NCBI GenBank assembly: GCA_030059665.1
Contig: JANVYR010000001.1
Coordinates: forward strand, 416,001-480,000
Source of the DNA: Candidatus Calditenuis fumarioli
GTDB lineage: Archaea > Thermoproteota > Nitrososphaeria_A > Caldarchaeales > Calditenuaceae
Direction: 5' to 3'
DNA: 64,000 nt
This document shows, piece after piece, positions 54,555 to 63,123 of the stretch. A model generated the notes under the pieces. That model was not told the origin of the DNA. It made no database searches and saw nothing but the letters and a program-made list of their open reading frames with translations. Positions within the stretch are counted from its first letter, which is position 1, and every line of letters begins with the position of its first letter. A program made the translations under genes and the position numbers.

Positions 54555-55441
54555 GCGTCACGCGGATCGCGAGGGGCGTCTACCTGATCGACACCGCGCC
54601 CCAGGTCCTACCAAGGGCCGTCGCATGCTACCTGGTCCGGGGTGAGAGGGGGGCTGCGCTCATCGATGTGGGTTACAGGTCGACCCACCCCCAGGTCCTC
54701 TCGGCCCTCAGACAACTCGGAGTCGGCTCGCGGGATCTCAAATGGGTCGTTCTGACGCACGTTCACCTCGACCACTGCGGCGCCGTCGCGGAGGTCCTCG
54801 AGAGGCATCCCGGAGCGAACGTCCTCGTCCACCAGAGGGGCAGGAGGCACCTCGTCTCACCGGAGAAGTTGATCGAGTCTGCCAGGTCCCTCTTCGGCGA
54901 CGAGGCCCTGCGCAGAATGGGAGGCCTTGGGTCGGTTCCCGAGGAGCGGGTGTGGATAGCGGAGGAGGACGGCGAGCTCGACCTCGGAGGCGTCTTCCTG
55001 AGGACCTTTGGGACACCTGGTCACGCTCCGCATCACGTCTCGGTCCTGATAGAGCCACACCGATACGTCGTCACCGGCGATGCGGTCTCCAGCAGGGGAC
55101 CGAGGTTTCCCGAGCCTTTACCCGACACGGCCCCTCCTCAGTTCAGCTACGACGACGCGGTCAACAGCGTCAAGAGGATCTACGAGCACGGGCCGCGCCT
55201 TCTGCTCCTCTCCCACTACGGCCCTTACCTGGCCCATGAGGGAGGTGCCGATGAGGAGCTGGAGCTCCTGAGGGGGTGGGTGGAGAGGGTTAGGGCCCTC
55301 AAGGCCAGCGGACTGGATCCGTTCGCGATGACAGAGTTGATCGCCAAAGAGATTGAGACGAGGAGCCGGTCCACGCTGGACACGGTCGCGAGAGGCGCGG
55401 TGCTGATGTCGGTTCTGGGCGTCTACCTCGCGCTCCCCTGA
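54551..55441 (+). CDS. Metallo-beta-lactamase-fold hydrolase
   Basis: THVHLDHCG, TPGHAPHH, GD and SHYG motifs; TTGA overlap with panB. Confidence 0.88.
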   Translation: MSVTRIARGVYLIDTAPQVLPRAVACYLVRGERGAALIDVGYRSTHPQVLSALRQLGVGSRDLKWVVLTHVHLDHCGAVAEVLERHPGANVLVHQRGRRHLVSPEKLIESARSLFGDEALRRMGGLGSVPEERVWIAEEDGELDLGGVFLRTFGTPGHAPHHVSVLIEPHRYVVTGDAVSSRGPRFPEPLPDTAPPQFSYDDAVNSVKRIYEHGPRLLLLSHYGPYLAHEGGADEELELLRGWVERVRALKASGLDPFAMTELIAKEIETRSRSTLDTVARGAVLMSVLGVYLALP

Positions 55442-55578
55442 ACCGCTCTCCTCTTCAGCTCCTCCGCCCTGCTCGTCAGTTTCTCCTTGAGCTGCTGAAT
55501 CCTCTCCTCCACGAACCTCGACAGCTCCTCGAAGGCCCTGCTCAGCTCGGCCTCGGCGCTCACGACCTCCCCTTGCAT
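55423..55578 (-). CDS. 51-aa coiled-coil small protein
   Basis: Manual translation MQGEVVSAEAELSRAFEELSRFVEERIQQLKEKLTSRAEELKRRAVQGSAR; strongly host-like codons. Confidence 0.55.
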   Translation of the reverse strand: MQGEVVSAEAELSRAFEELSRFVEERIQQLKEKLTSRAEELKRRAVQGSAR

Positions 55579-55588
55579 CGGGTTTGAT

Positions 55589-55834
55589 TTAATCCTGCTG
55601 ATCTCGGGGTAGCATGCGCCTCAGCGCCAGCAGCACAAAGAGCAGGAGGGGCAGGGCGAGGAGGAGGATCAGAGGAAGATGCTGGCCGTCGGTGACGATG
55701 ATCGGAACCGGCCCGATCAGTATGATCCCGAATCCCCTCACCTCGGCGCCGCTGGCAGCGAGGAGCGCGATCAGCGCGATGACCCCCGAAAGGATCAGAA
55801 CGAATCCCAGAGCGACTAAAACTCCAGCCCTCAT
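55589..55834 (-). CDS. DUF131-family small membrane protein, copy 2
   Basis: GIILIGPVPII motif between TM helices. Confidence 0.72.
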   Translation of the reverse strand: MRAGVLVALGFVLILSGVIALIALLAASGAEVRGFGIILIGPVPIIVTDGQHLPLILLLALPLLLFVLLALRRMLPRDQQD

Positions 55835-55835
55835 C

Positions 55836-56090
55836 TCAACTCAGCAACGCGTAAAGGAAGAGGAGCAGGGCAGCGGCCGCCAGGAGGAACGCCACCAGCG
55901 CAACCCTCGCACCTCCCCTCACCACCAGCGGTATCGGCCCCAGCAGCAGAACGACGATCCCCCGAGACCTCCGGTCGCCGGCTCCAGCGGTCGAAAGGGC
56001 CCCCAGGAGCACCAGCAAGAAACCCGTCGCTATCAGGACTAGCGCGGCAACGAGGATCGCGGCGAACTCGAGCGGGTTGAGGGGCGTCAT
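55836..56090 (-). CDS. DUF131-family small membrane protein, copy 1
   Basis: GIVVLLLGPIPLV motif; ATG overlaps the upstream stop. Confidence 0.7.
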   Translation of the reverse strand: MTPLNPLEFAAILVAALVLIATGFLLVLLGALSTAGAGDRRSRGIVVLLLGPIPLVVRGGARVALVAFLLAAAALLLFLYALLS

Positions 56091-56566
56091 GCCTTCTCGA
56101 GCACCGCGAACGTCCCCAGCAACCCGATCTTCAGGTCCAGCACCTTGAAGGGAACCCTTTCGGTCAAAGCCTTCCTGATCCTGCGCCTGAGCCCTATCGA
56201 GAGAGGGCCTGTCCGCTGGAAGACGACGCACCTCCCTCCATGCCTCAGCAAACGGTAGGCCTCGTTGATCAGCTCCTTCTTCCCCAGCACCTCTCCCAGA
56301 GCATTCAGGATCAACGCTGCGTCGAACGTCGAAGGCGCGAGCTCCGGGTTGTGTTCTATGACGGGCGAGTAGACGACCTCAACGTTCGCGAACCCCGATA
56401 GCGCTCTCCGGGCGGTCTCGGCCTTCGCCTCGGAGTTGGTCAGTATCAGCAGCCGGCCGCGCTTTCCGATGCTGGTGAGTAGCCTCCGCGGAACTTCCGG
56501 ACCGTCGAACCCGAATTGGACCACCCTCGTCCCTTCGCTGAGGTTGAGGGTGGCGAGGAGGTCCAC
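56087..56566 (-). CDS. Class I SAM-dependent methyltransferase-like protein (degenerate motif I)
   Basis: VVQFGFDGP where motif I is expected, FDAALI and EAYRLLRHGG. Confidence 0.6.
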   Translation of the reverse strand: MDLLATLNLSEGTRVVQFGFDGPEVPRRLLTSIGKRGRLLILTNSEAKAETARRALSGFANVEVVYSPVIEHNPELAPSTFDAALILNALGEVLGKKELINEAYRLLRHGGRCVVFQRTGPLSIGLRRRIRKALTERVPFKVLDLKIGLLGTFAVLEKA

Positions 56567-56570
56567 GCTC

Positions 56571-57008
56571 TCACCCCATCGGCCTCACCTGGTTGACGGG
56601 GACCGAGATCGGGAACGGGTAGGAGCTCTCGAGGAGCTCGAGCGTCACCTCCTTCCTCATCCGGTCAACCCTCGTCACCTTGCCCGTGAAGCCCTTGAAG
56701 GGCCCCGCGATCACCTCGACCGTCATCCCCTCGGAGATCGTCTCGATCAGCGGCCTCTCCACCAGGTGCTTCGAGACCTCGCTGACGTCCACCTGAACGG
56801 GCGCCCTGGACTTGACGTGTCTGACGTCCCGGACCAGCTCCGCAACTACCTCCCTCTCCGTCCCCTCGACGAAGACGAAGCCCCTCAGCGTCGGCAGAAC
56901 GACTATCGCGTGGACGTTCCTCGATGACTCAGGTATCCTCCCCTCGATCATGACGGCCACGTTCCTCTCGTGACCCGCGGTGGTCCTGATCGCGAACAGC
57001 TTGCCCAT
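56571..57008 (-). CDS. spt5: Transcription elongation factor Spt5
   Basis: FAIRTTAGHE, GFVFVE and KOW motif VEVIAGPFKG. Confidence 0.93.
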   Translation of the reverse strand: MGKLFAIRTTAGHERNVAVMIEGRIPESSRNVHAIVVLPTLRGFVFVEGTEREVVAELVRDVRHVKSRAPVQVDVSEVSKHLVERPLIETISEGMTVEVIAGPFKGFTGKVTRVDRMRKEVTLELLESSYPFPISVPVNQVRPMG

Positions 57009-57098
57009 TCCCCTCTCCCTGACCCTAACCCTCACTCTTAAATTCTCTTAAAAGGGAAGCGGTTGGAACAGCCAAGCTGGACCTGTTGTGTGGCGGCG

Positions 57099-57266
57099 TC
57101 ACCCGAGAACCGCGAGGAAGACGAACCTCACGATCATGGAGATCAGGCCCAGAACGGCTATCCCGATCAGCACTATCCTACCGAGGACGGAGTACTCCTC
57201 CCAGGTCGGCTTCCTGGAGACCCTGAAGAGGACGACGACCGACCTCGCGAACTCCCTGATGCCCAT
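57099..57266 (-). CDS. secE: Protein translocase subunit SecE/Sec61-gamma (55 aa; absent from ORF track)
   Basis: MGIREFARSVVVLFRVSRKPTWEEYSVLGRIVLIGIAVLGLISMIVRFVFLAVLG; directly upstream of spt5. Confidence 0.9.
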   Translation of the reverse strand: MGIREFARSVVVLFRVSRKPTWEEYSVLGRIVLIGIAVLGLISMIVRFVFLAVLG

Positions 57267-57315
57267 TCCCGGCTTCAGCTCACAGATCTGCGGTATATTT
57301 GGTTGAGGTGCGGTG

Positions 57316-58293
57316 TCAGTAGACGGCGTACGGCGCCACGAACCTGTCCAGGTGCCGAATCCTCTTCGCGGGGTGCGGGTGCGTGCTGAAGAGGTCCGCC
57401 AGCGCGCTGACCTTCATCCTCCTGAAGCTCTCCACGGCCTGGTCGAGGTCGATCGACGGGTCGATAGCGGCCTCGGGGTCCGAGATGAAGAACATCTTCA
57501 GCGTCTCGTGCTTGACCCTCGCGGACGGCGGGAGCCTGCCGCTCAGCGCCATTATCCTGACGAGGGCCCGCTGGAGCTTCCGCGCGCCATCGGGGACCAC
57601 CATTGCGGCGTGCGAATCTGCGTAGTACTCCCGGAGCCTGCTCATCAGGAAGACGAAGATGTTGAAGACGAAGCTCAGCACCATCAGCGCTATCCCGGTC
57701 AGGACGGCGTAGGCGGGTCCGCCGTTGCGCCTGCCTCCTGCACCGAAGAGGCCGGAGAGGTAGAGGCTGTAGCCGATGTAGTAGATCACCGCAGGTATCA
57801 GGCTGATCATCAGCATCACCATCACGTCCCTGTGCTTCAGGTGACCCACCTCGTGCGCAAGGACCGCCTCGAGCTCGTCCCTCGGCATCCTCCGGAGAAT
57901 CCCCCGCGTAACGGCGACCATCGGGCCGGTGAGCGGGCTACCGTAGGCGAAGGCGTTCGGGAGATCGATCTCGGCCACCATCACCTTCGGCTCCCTGCTT
58001 AGGCCGCTCCTCCTCGCCAGCTCCCTAACCGACTCGTAGAGCCAGGACTCGGACACAGGGTCTGCAGGCCGCACGTGATAGACCGCGTTGATCATGTACG
58101 GTCCGAAGAGCCACTGGAGGACGTTGATGGCCACCACCGTCGCGAACATCAGGTAGACGTACGATACCGGGAGGCCCAGGTAGAGCATGATGGCCGTGAG
58201 GATCAGCGTCGCGAGCCCCACCACTGCGAACCATACCCCGACCATCGTGAACCTCAGCTTAGCCAGCGAGACCCTGGCAACCTCGGTCGCCAA
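57316..58293 (-). CDS. htpX: HtpX-type zinc metalloprotease (M48)
   Basis: PNAFAYG, AHEVGHLKHRD and SRLREYYAD motifs; STHPHP. Confidence 0.93.
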   Translation of the reverse strand: MATEVARVSLAKLRFTMVGVWFAVVGLATLILTAIMLYLGLPVSYVYLMFATVVAINVLQWLFGPYMINAVYHVRPADPVSESWLYESVRELARRSGLSREPKVMVAEIDLPNAFAYGSPLTGPMVAVTRGILRRMPRDELEAVLAHEVGHLKHRDVMVMLMISLIPAVIYYIGYSLYLSGLFGAGGRRNGGPAYAVLTGIALMVLSFVFNIFVFLMSRLREYYADSHAAMVVPDGARKLQRALVRIMALSGRLPPSARVKHETLKMFFISDPEAAIDPSIDLDQAVESFRRMKVSALADLFSTHPHPAKRIRHLDRFVAPYAVY

Positions 58294-58449
58294 CCGGCAT
58301 CACCGTCCTCGTAGTCCCCGAGCCTGCGTATTAGAATTAAGCGTGCCACCGAGCTCCGGTTATGAAATCCTAAATTAGTGGGTCTCAGCATAACAGTCAT
58401 TCCCGCGGATAGCTGGACTGGCACGGGCTTCGGCGGACCTATTGAAGAG

Positions 58450-58521
58450 AGCCCGGGGCGGGACTCGAACCCGCGTGAAGCGGCTCTGCAGGCCGCCGCC
58501 TCGCCGCTCGGCCACCCGGGC
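58450..58521 (-). tRNA. tRNA-Cys(GCA), intron-less
   Basis: GCCCGGG/CCCGGGC acceptor stem, anticodon loop CT-GCA-GA, T arm GCGGG-TTCGAGT-CCCGC, discriminator U. Confidence 0.95.
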
Positions 58522-58545
58522 CCCTCACCACACCTCAGACACTCG

Positions 58546-58552
58546 ATAAAAA
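58546..58552 (-). promoter_or_regulatory. TATA box of tRNA-Cys
   Basis: TTTTTAT on the minus strand about 30 nt upstream of the tRNA 5' end. Confidence 0.55.
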
Positions 58553-58709
58553 CGTGAGGTTGACGGATTGGCGTCCCAAAGCCCTCCCTCCACAGGCCTC
58601 GGGTCCGAAGGTGACGATTTCGCGTCCATGCCCACGGAATATAGCCGTGAGATGGACGAGCCCGACACGTTGATATACTGTTCCGATGACGGCGTAGCCG
58701 CAATGGTCG

Positions 58710-60113
58710 GTGGTCGTCTTTGGGCTCGTGCGCGATGAAACCGCCTTCTCGGTGAGCCGACTCGAGCGCTCCCCGGATCTGCTGTCGCTTCTGAAGGCCC
58801 TTCGTGAAGAACACGAGGACGTGGTTCTGCTGGAGTCGGCCGAAGGGCCCAGGCCGCTGGCGGAGTACAGCTTCCTCGCCTTCGATCCGAGAGCGGTGAT
58901 CGAGGTCGGTCATGACTCCGTCACGAGGGTCTACGTTGAGGGCCAGCTGGTGGAGGAGCTCGAGGGCGATCCGCTGGAGCACCTCAAGGCGCTCACGAAG
59001 CCCGTGCTGCCCCAGCAGGTGACCCCGAGGCTCGCGGGAGGCGCGATAGGCTTCGTCTCATACGATGCGGCGTTCGTCTGGAACGAGTGCGAGGTCTCCC
59101 GACGGGACTCAGGGTTCCCGCTGATGAGGTTCGGGATCTTCGAGAAGGTCGTGGTCGTGGACCACGTAACGGGGACGGCTTACCTCTGCAATTTGGGTGA
59201 CAGTGGCCGCGTTGACGGGCTGGAGAGGGCTCTCAGGGAGGCCGCGAACAGCGACGGTCTGGAGCTCGGAGACCCGGGCTGCGAGGTCGTGGGTCACGGA
59301 TCCGACAGGGACCGCTTTTTGCGCGCCGTCGAGGAGGCTAAGGACCACATAGCTCGTGGCGACGTCTTCCAGGTGGTGATCTCCAGGAGGGTGGAGCTGC
59401 GGGTCACCGGTGACCTGCTCGGTTTCTACGCCGCCCTCAGGAGGATCAACCCTTCTCCGTACATGTACCTACTGAGGTTGGGAGATGTGGAACTTGCCGG
59501 TTCGAGCCCGGAGATGCTTGTGCGCGTCGAGGGCAGGAGGGTGACGACCTTCCCGATCGCGGGGACGAGGAGGAGGGAGAGGGATCCCGTGGCGGAGGAG
59601 ATCTCGGACGCTCAGCTTCTCTCGGACGAGAAGGAGCTGGCGGAGCACGTGATGCTCGTGGACCTCGCCCGGAACGACCTGGGGAGGGTCTCGGTACCAG
59701 GGAGCGTCAACGTGGCGGAGCTGATGAGGCTCATGAAGTACAGCCACGTTAAGCACCTCGTCTCACGCGTTGAGGGGACGCTCAGGGAGGGGCTGGGGCC
59801 GCTGGACGCCTTCGTCTCCGTCTTCCCCGCGGGGACCGTGACGGGCGCACCGAAGCTGAGGGCGATGGAGATCATCGACGAGCTGGAGCCTGATCCCCGG
59901 GGCCCGTATGCCGGTGCGGTGGGATACATCTCGTTCAACGGATGCGCGGACTTCGCGATCGCGATCAGGACGCTCTTCAGGAAGGGCGATATCGCGTTCG
60001 TTCAGGCAGGCGCTGGGATCGTGTGGGACTCGGATCCCGAGCGGGAGTACCTCGAGACGGAGGCGAAGCTCATGGCCCTGCTGGAGGCCGCGAAGGGGGT
60101 GATGCGCGGTTGA
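58710..60113 (+). CDS. trpE: Anthranilate synthase component I
   Basis: LLESAEG, GDVFQVVISRR, NPSPYMY, FPIAGTR, EHVMLVDLARND and FPAGTVTGAPK motifs. Confidence 0.95.
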   Translation: MVVFGLVRDETAFSVSRLERSPDLLSLLKALREEHEDVVLLESAEGPRPLAEYSFLAFDPRAVIEVGHDSVTRVYVEGQLVEELEGDPLEHLKALTKPVLPQQVTPRLAGGAIGFVSYDAAFVWNECEVSRRDSGFPLMRFGIFEKVVVVDHVTGTAYLCNLGDSGRVDGLERALREAANSDGLELGDPGCEVVGHGSDRDRFLRAVEEAKDHIARGDVFQVVISRRVELRVTGDLLGFYAALRRINPSPYMYLLRLGDVELAGSSPEMLVRVEGRRVTTFPIAGTRRRERDPVAEEISDAQLLSDEKELAEHVMLVDLARNDLGRVSVPGSVNVAELMRLMKYSHVKHLVSRVEGTLREGLGPLDAFVSVFPAGTVTGAPKLRAMEIIDELEPDPRGPYAGAVGYISFNGCADFAIAIRTLFRKGDIAFVQAGAGIVWDSDPEREYLETEAKLMALLEAAKGVMRG

Positions 60114-60694
60114 GGGTCCTGATTCTGGACAACTACGACTCCTTCGTCTGGAACGTCGCCGATTACCTCGGCAAGCTGGGTGCCGAGCCGGTCGTGGTGA
60201 GGAGCACGAAGGTAACGATCGAGCAGATCCGCGCGATGCGTCCCGACAGGATCGTTCTCTCGCCGGGTCCTGGGCACCCCTCGGAGAGGAGGTTCACCGG
60301 CGTCTCGGAGGAGGTCGTGAGGGAACTGGCGAGAGAGGTTCCGACGCTCGGGATCTGCCTCGGGATGCAGCTGATCGCTTACGCGCTGGGAGGCGAGGTC
60401 GTGAGGGCCAGGAGGGTCGTCCACGGGAAGGCCTCGCTCGTCTCCCACGACGGCAGGGGAATCTTCAGGGGCCTCGAGAACCCGATCGTCGTCGGCAGGT
60501 ACCACTCCCTGGTCGTTAGGGAAGAGACGGTTCCGGGGGAGCTGGAGGTCTGCGCGAGGGACCTGCAGGACGGCGAGGTGATGGCGATCAGGCACAGGAG
60601 CTGGCCGCTCGTCGGCGTCCAGTTCCACCCCGAGTCGATCCTGACGCGGAGCGGGCTCGAGCTTCTCAGGAACTTCCTGAGGGGTGAGACCTGA
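60110..60694 (+). CDS. trpG: Anthranilate synthase component II
   Basis: DNYDSF, LSPGPGHP, LGICLG, RYHSL and QFHPES motifs. Confidence 0.95.
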   Translation: MRVLILDNYDSFVWNVADYLGKLGAEPVVVRSTKVTIEQIRAMRPDRIVLSPGPGHPSERRFTGVSEEVVRELAREVPTLGICLGMQLIAYALGGEVVRARRVVHGKASLVSHDGRGIFRGLENPIVVGRYHSLVVREETVPGELEVCARDLQDGEVMAIRHRSWPLVGVQFHPESILTRSGLELLRNFLRGET

Positions 60695-61732
60695 GTGATC
60701 GTCAGGGCGATCGACAAGCTGGTGAACGGGTTGGAGCTGACGCCTGAGGAGGCGTTCGCCTGCGCTGCGGAGATGGCCGACGGTGTGGCCACACCCGCGC
60801 AAACGGCGGCGTTCCTGACGGCCCTCAGGATCAGAGGGGAGAGCCCTGAGGTCCTCGCGGCCATGGCGAAGGCGATGAGGGAGAGGGCGATTCGGGTGAG
60901 AGCTGGGGACGAGGCGATAGACACGTGCGGAACCGGAGGCGATGCCGTGAAGACCCTCAACGCCAGCACGCTCGCGGGGATCGTGGTGGCTGCTGCCGGC
61001 GGAAGGGTCGCGAAGCACGGCAACAGGTCCTACACCGGTCACACGGGGAGCGCAGACCTGCTGGAGGAGCTCGGGGTCAGAATAGACGTGGGACCTGAGG
61101 TGGTGGAGAAGTGCATCGTCTCAACCGGGTTCGGCTTCATGCTGGCCACGGTCTACCATCCATCGATGAGGAACGTCTCCGGAGTCAGGCGCGAGATAGG
61201 CATCAGGACCGCCTTCAACCTGCTCGGCCCCCTCACGAATCCAGCGATGGTGAGGAGGCAGGCGGTCGGCGTCCCGAGCGCTGATCTGGTCCTGAAGATC
61301 TGCAGAGCCCTCATGCACCTCGGCCACGAGCGCGCCGCGGTCTACCATGGGCTCGCGGGGATAGACGAGGTGTCGCCGTGCTCTCCCACGGAGGTCGCTT
61401 GGCTCGAAGAGGGAGAGGTCAGGAGGGAGGTCCTCAGACCCGAGGACTTCGGCATCGAGCGGGAGAGCCCCGAGAGGCTGATCGTCCGGAGCAGGGAGGA
61501 GGCCGTGAGGAGGGCGAAGGGCGTCCTTTCGGGCTCGGTCAAGAGGGACGATCCGGACGTCAAGCTGGTGGTCTGCAACGCAGCCATGGCGCTCGTCGTG
61601 GCCGGCCTCGCTGACGACCTGAAGTACGGTGCGGAGACGGCGTGGGAGGTGCTCTCTTCGGGTCGGGCCCTTTCGCTCACGAGGGAGATCGTGCGGGTGA
61701 CGGGCGGTGACCCATCGCGGCTCGAGTCCTGA
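60695..61732 (+). CDS. trpD: Anthranilate phosphoribosyltransferase
   Basis: DTCGTGGD, NASTL, KHGNRS, RTAFNLLGPLTNP and DE motifs. Confidence 0.95.
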   Translation: MIVRAIDKLVNGLELTPEEAFACAAEMADGVATPAQTAAFLTALRIRGESPEVLAAMAKAMRERAIRVRAGDEAIDTCGTGGDAVKTLNASTLAGIVVAAAGGRVAKHGNRSYTGHTGSADLLEELGVRIDVGPEVVEKCIVSTGFGFMLATVYHPSMRNVSGVRREIGIRTAFNLLGPLTNPAMVRRQAVGVPSADLVLKICRALMHLGHERAAVYHGLAGIDEVSPCSPTEVAWLEEGEVRREVLRPEDFGIERESPERLIVRSREEAVRRAKGVLSGSVKRDDPDVKLVVCNAAMALVVAGLADDLKYGAETAWEVLSSGRALSLTREIVRVTGGDPSRLES

Positions 61733-62516
61733 CCGGGTCTCGTTCCTGGAGAAGGCCTGCGCCGACGCGATGAGGAGGGTCTCGTCTGGTTACTACCGAG
61801 CGGACGGCGACAACCCACCATCACGCGGTAGGTCCGGGAGGAGCCTCCTGAGGTCTCTCGTCAGTCCCGTCTCGGTCATCGCCGAGATCAAGCCCAGATC
61901 ACCGGTTGCTGGCAAGCTCAGGGAGGTGGAGGACGTGGTGTCGCTGGTCAGGGAGATGGTCTCGGGTGGTGCGGATGCGTTCTCAGTTCTGACGGATCCC
62001 GACAACTTCGGCGGACGCGCCGAGCACCTCAGGGAGGTCTCGTCTCTGGGAGTGTCGACGCTGATGAAGGACTTCGTGGTCTCCGCGGAGCAGCTGGAGT
62101 TCGCCGCGGCCTCGGGAGCCAGCGCGGTGCTGCTGATTCTCAGGGCCTTCAAACTGGGACTCACAAGCTTCGAACTCCGTGACGCGGTGCGGGCTGCCCA
62201 CGACCTCGGTTTGGAGGTGCTCCTGGAGGTTTACAGGCCCGAGGACGTGAGAGAGGTGTTGGCGTACGACGCTGACGTGATAGGCGTCAACTCGAGGGAC
62301 CTCGAGGACCTGAGCCTGAGCCTCGGAAGGGCGAGGAACCTGCTCGCGATGATACCCGAGGGCGAGAGGTGGAGGGTGGTGGTCGAGAGCGGGATAAGGT
62401 CGCACGAGGACGTCAAACCCTTCCTCGAGATGGGGGTGAACAAGTTCCTCGTCGGGACGGCCATCATGTCGTCAGGCGACGTGGCATCCGCGATCAGGAG
62501 GATAAAGGGTGGTTGA
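61707..62516 (+). CDS. trpC: Indole-3-glycerol-phosphate synthase
   Basis: IAEIKPRSP, SVLTD, LMKDF, GVNSRDL and VVESGI motifs. Confidence 0.92.
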   Translation: MTHRGSSPDRVSFLEKACADAMRRVSSGYYRADGDNPPSRGRSGRSLLRSLVSPVSVIAEIKPRSPVAGKLREVEDVVSLVREMVSGGADAFSVLTDPDNFGGRAEHLREVSSLGVSTLMKDFVVSAEQLEFAAASGASAVLLILRAFKLGLTSFELRDAVRAAHDLGLEVLLEVYRPEDVREVLAYDADVIGVNSRDLEDLSLSLGRARNLLAMIPEGERWRVVVESGIRSHEDVKPFLEMGVNKFLVGTAIMSSGDVASAIRRIKGG

Positions 62517-63123
62517 GGTGCGGCTCTTCGTGAAGGTCTGCGGCGTCACCAGGCCCGAGGACGTCATCACGGCCGCCAGGGCTGGTGCTGATGCCTTCGG
62601 GATCGTCGTCGGCTTCCCCAACTCTCCGAGGAACCTCCCGGTGGCCGCTGCGAGGGACCTCGTGAGGAAAGCTCCGGAGGACATCTCGCCGATACTCGTG
62701 CTGAACGGCTCCGACCTGCGGTTCGCTGAGGAGGCGTGCTCCATCATCGAGCCCTACGGCGTCCAGCTCTACGGGACGAACGATCCGGATCCCGTGAGGG
62801 CCATCGGCGTGAAGATGGTCATCAGGCCCGTGACCCCGGACGAGCTCTCCGTTCCCGACGGCTTCGATGCGGTGCTGCTGGACCAGAGCAGGGGAACTGG
62901 GAGGGCGCTGGACGTTGAGGTCTGCGCGAGATATGTCAGGAGCTCGAGGCTGCCGGTGATCGTCGCCGGCGGGCTCAACCCGACGAACGTCGCTGACGTC
63001 GTCAGAAGGATGAGACCTTTCGGCGTAGACGCGTCCTCTGGGCTCGAGTCGTCGCCGGGCGTGAAGGACCCCCTGAAGGTCACGGAGTTCGTGAGGAGGG
63101 CTCGGGAGGCCCATGAAGGCTAA
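62509..63123 (+). CDS. trpF: Phosphoribosylanthranilate isomerase
   Basis: [26 protein letters not shown] and GVDASSGLE motifs. Confidence 0.93.
   Translation: MVEVRLFVKVCGVTRPEDVITAARAGADAFGIVVGFPNSPRNLPVAAARDLVRKAPEDISPILVLNGSDLRFAEEACSIIEPYGVQLYGTNDPDPVRAIGVKMVIRPVTPDELSVPDGFDAVLLDQSRGTGRALDVEVCARYVRSSRLPVIVAGGLNPTNVADVVRRMRPFGVDASSGLESSPGVKDPLKVTEFVRRAREAHEG

Noticed and set aside
57030-57055. CTCTTAAA direct repeat upstream of spt5
   Set aside because: Best explained as tandem TATA-like elements; only two copies.
58628-58738. 36-codon ORF upstream of trpE as a possible trp leader peptide
   Set aside because: It has only one Trp codon, starts upstream of the likely trpE TATA box (58672-58678), and shows no terminator/antiterminator pair.
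58254-58982. 242-aa minus-strand ORF
   Set aside because: It spans tRNA-Cys, promoters and antisense trpE, with no recognisable domain.
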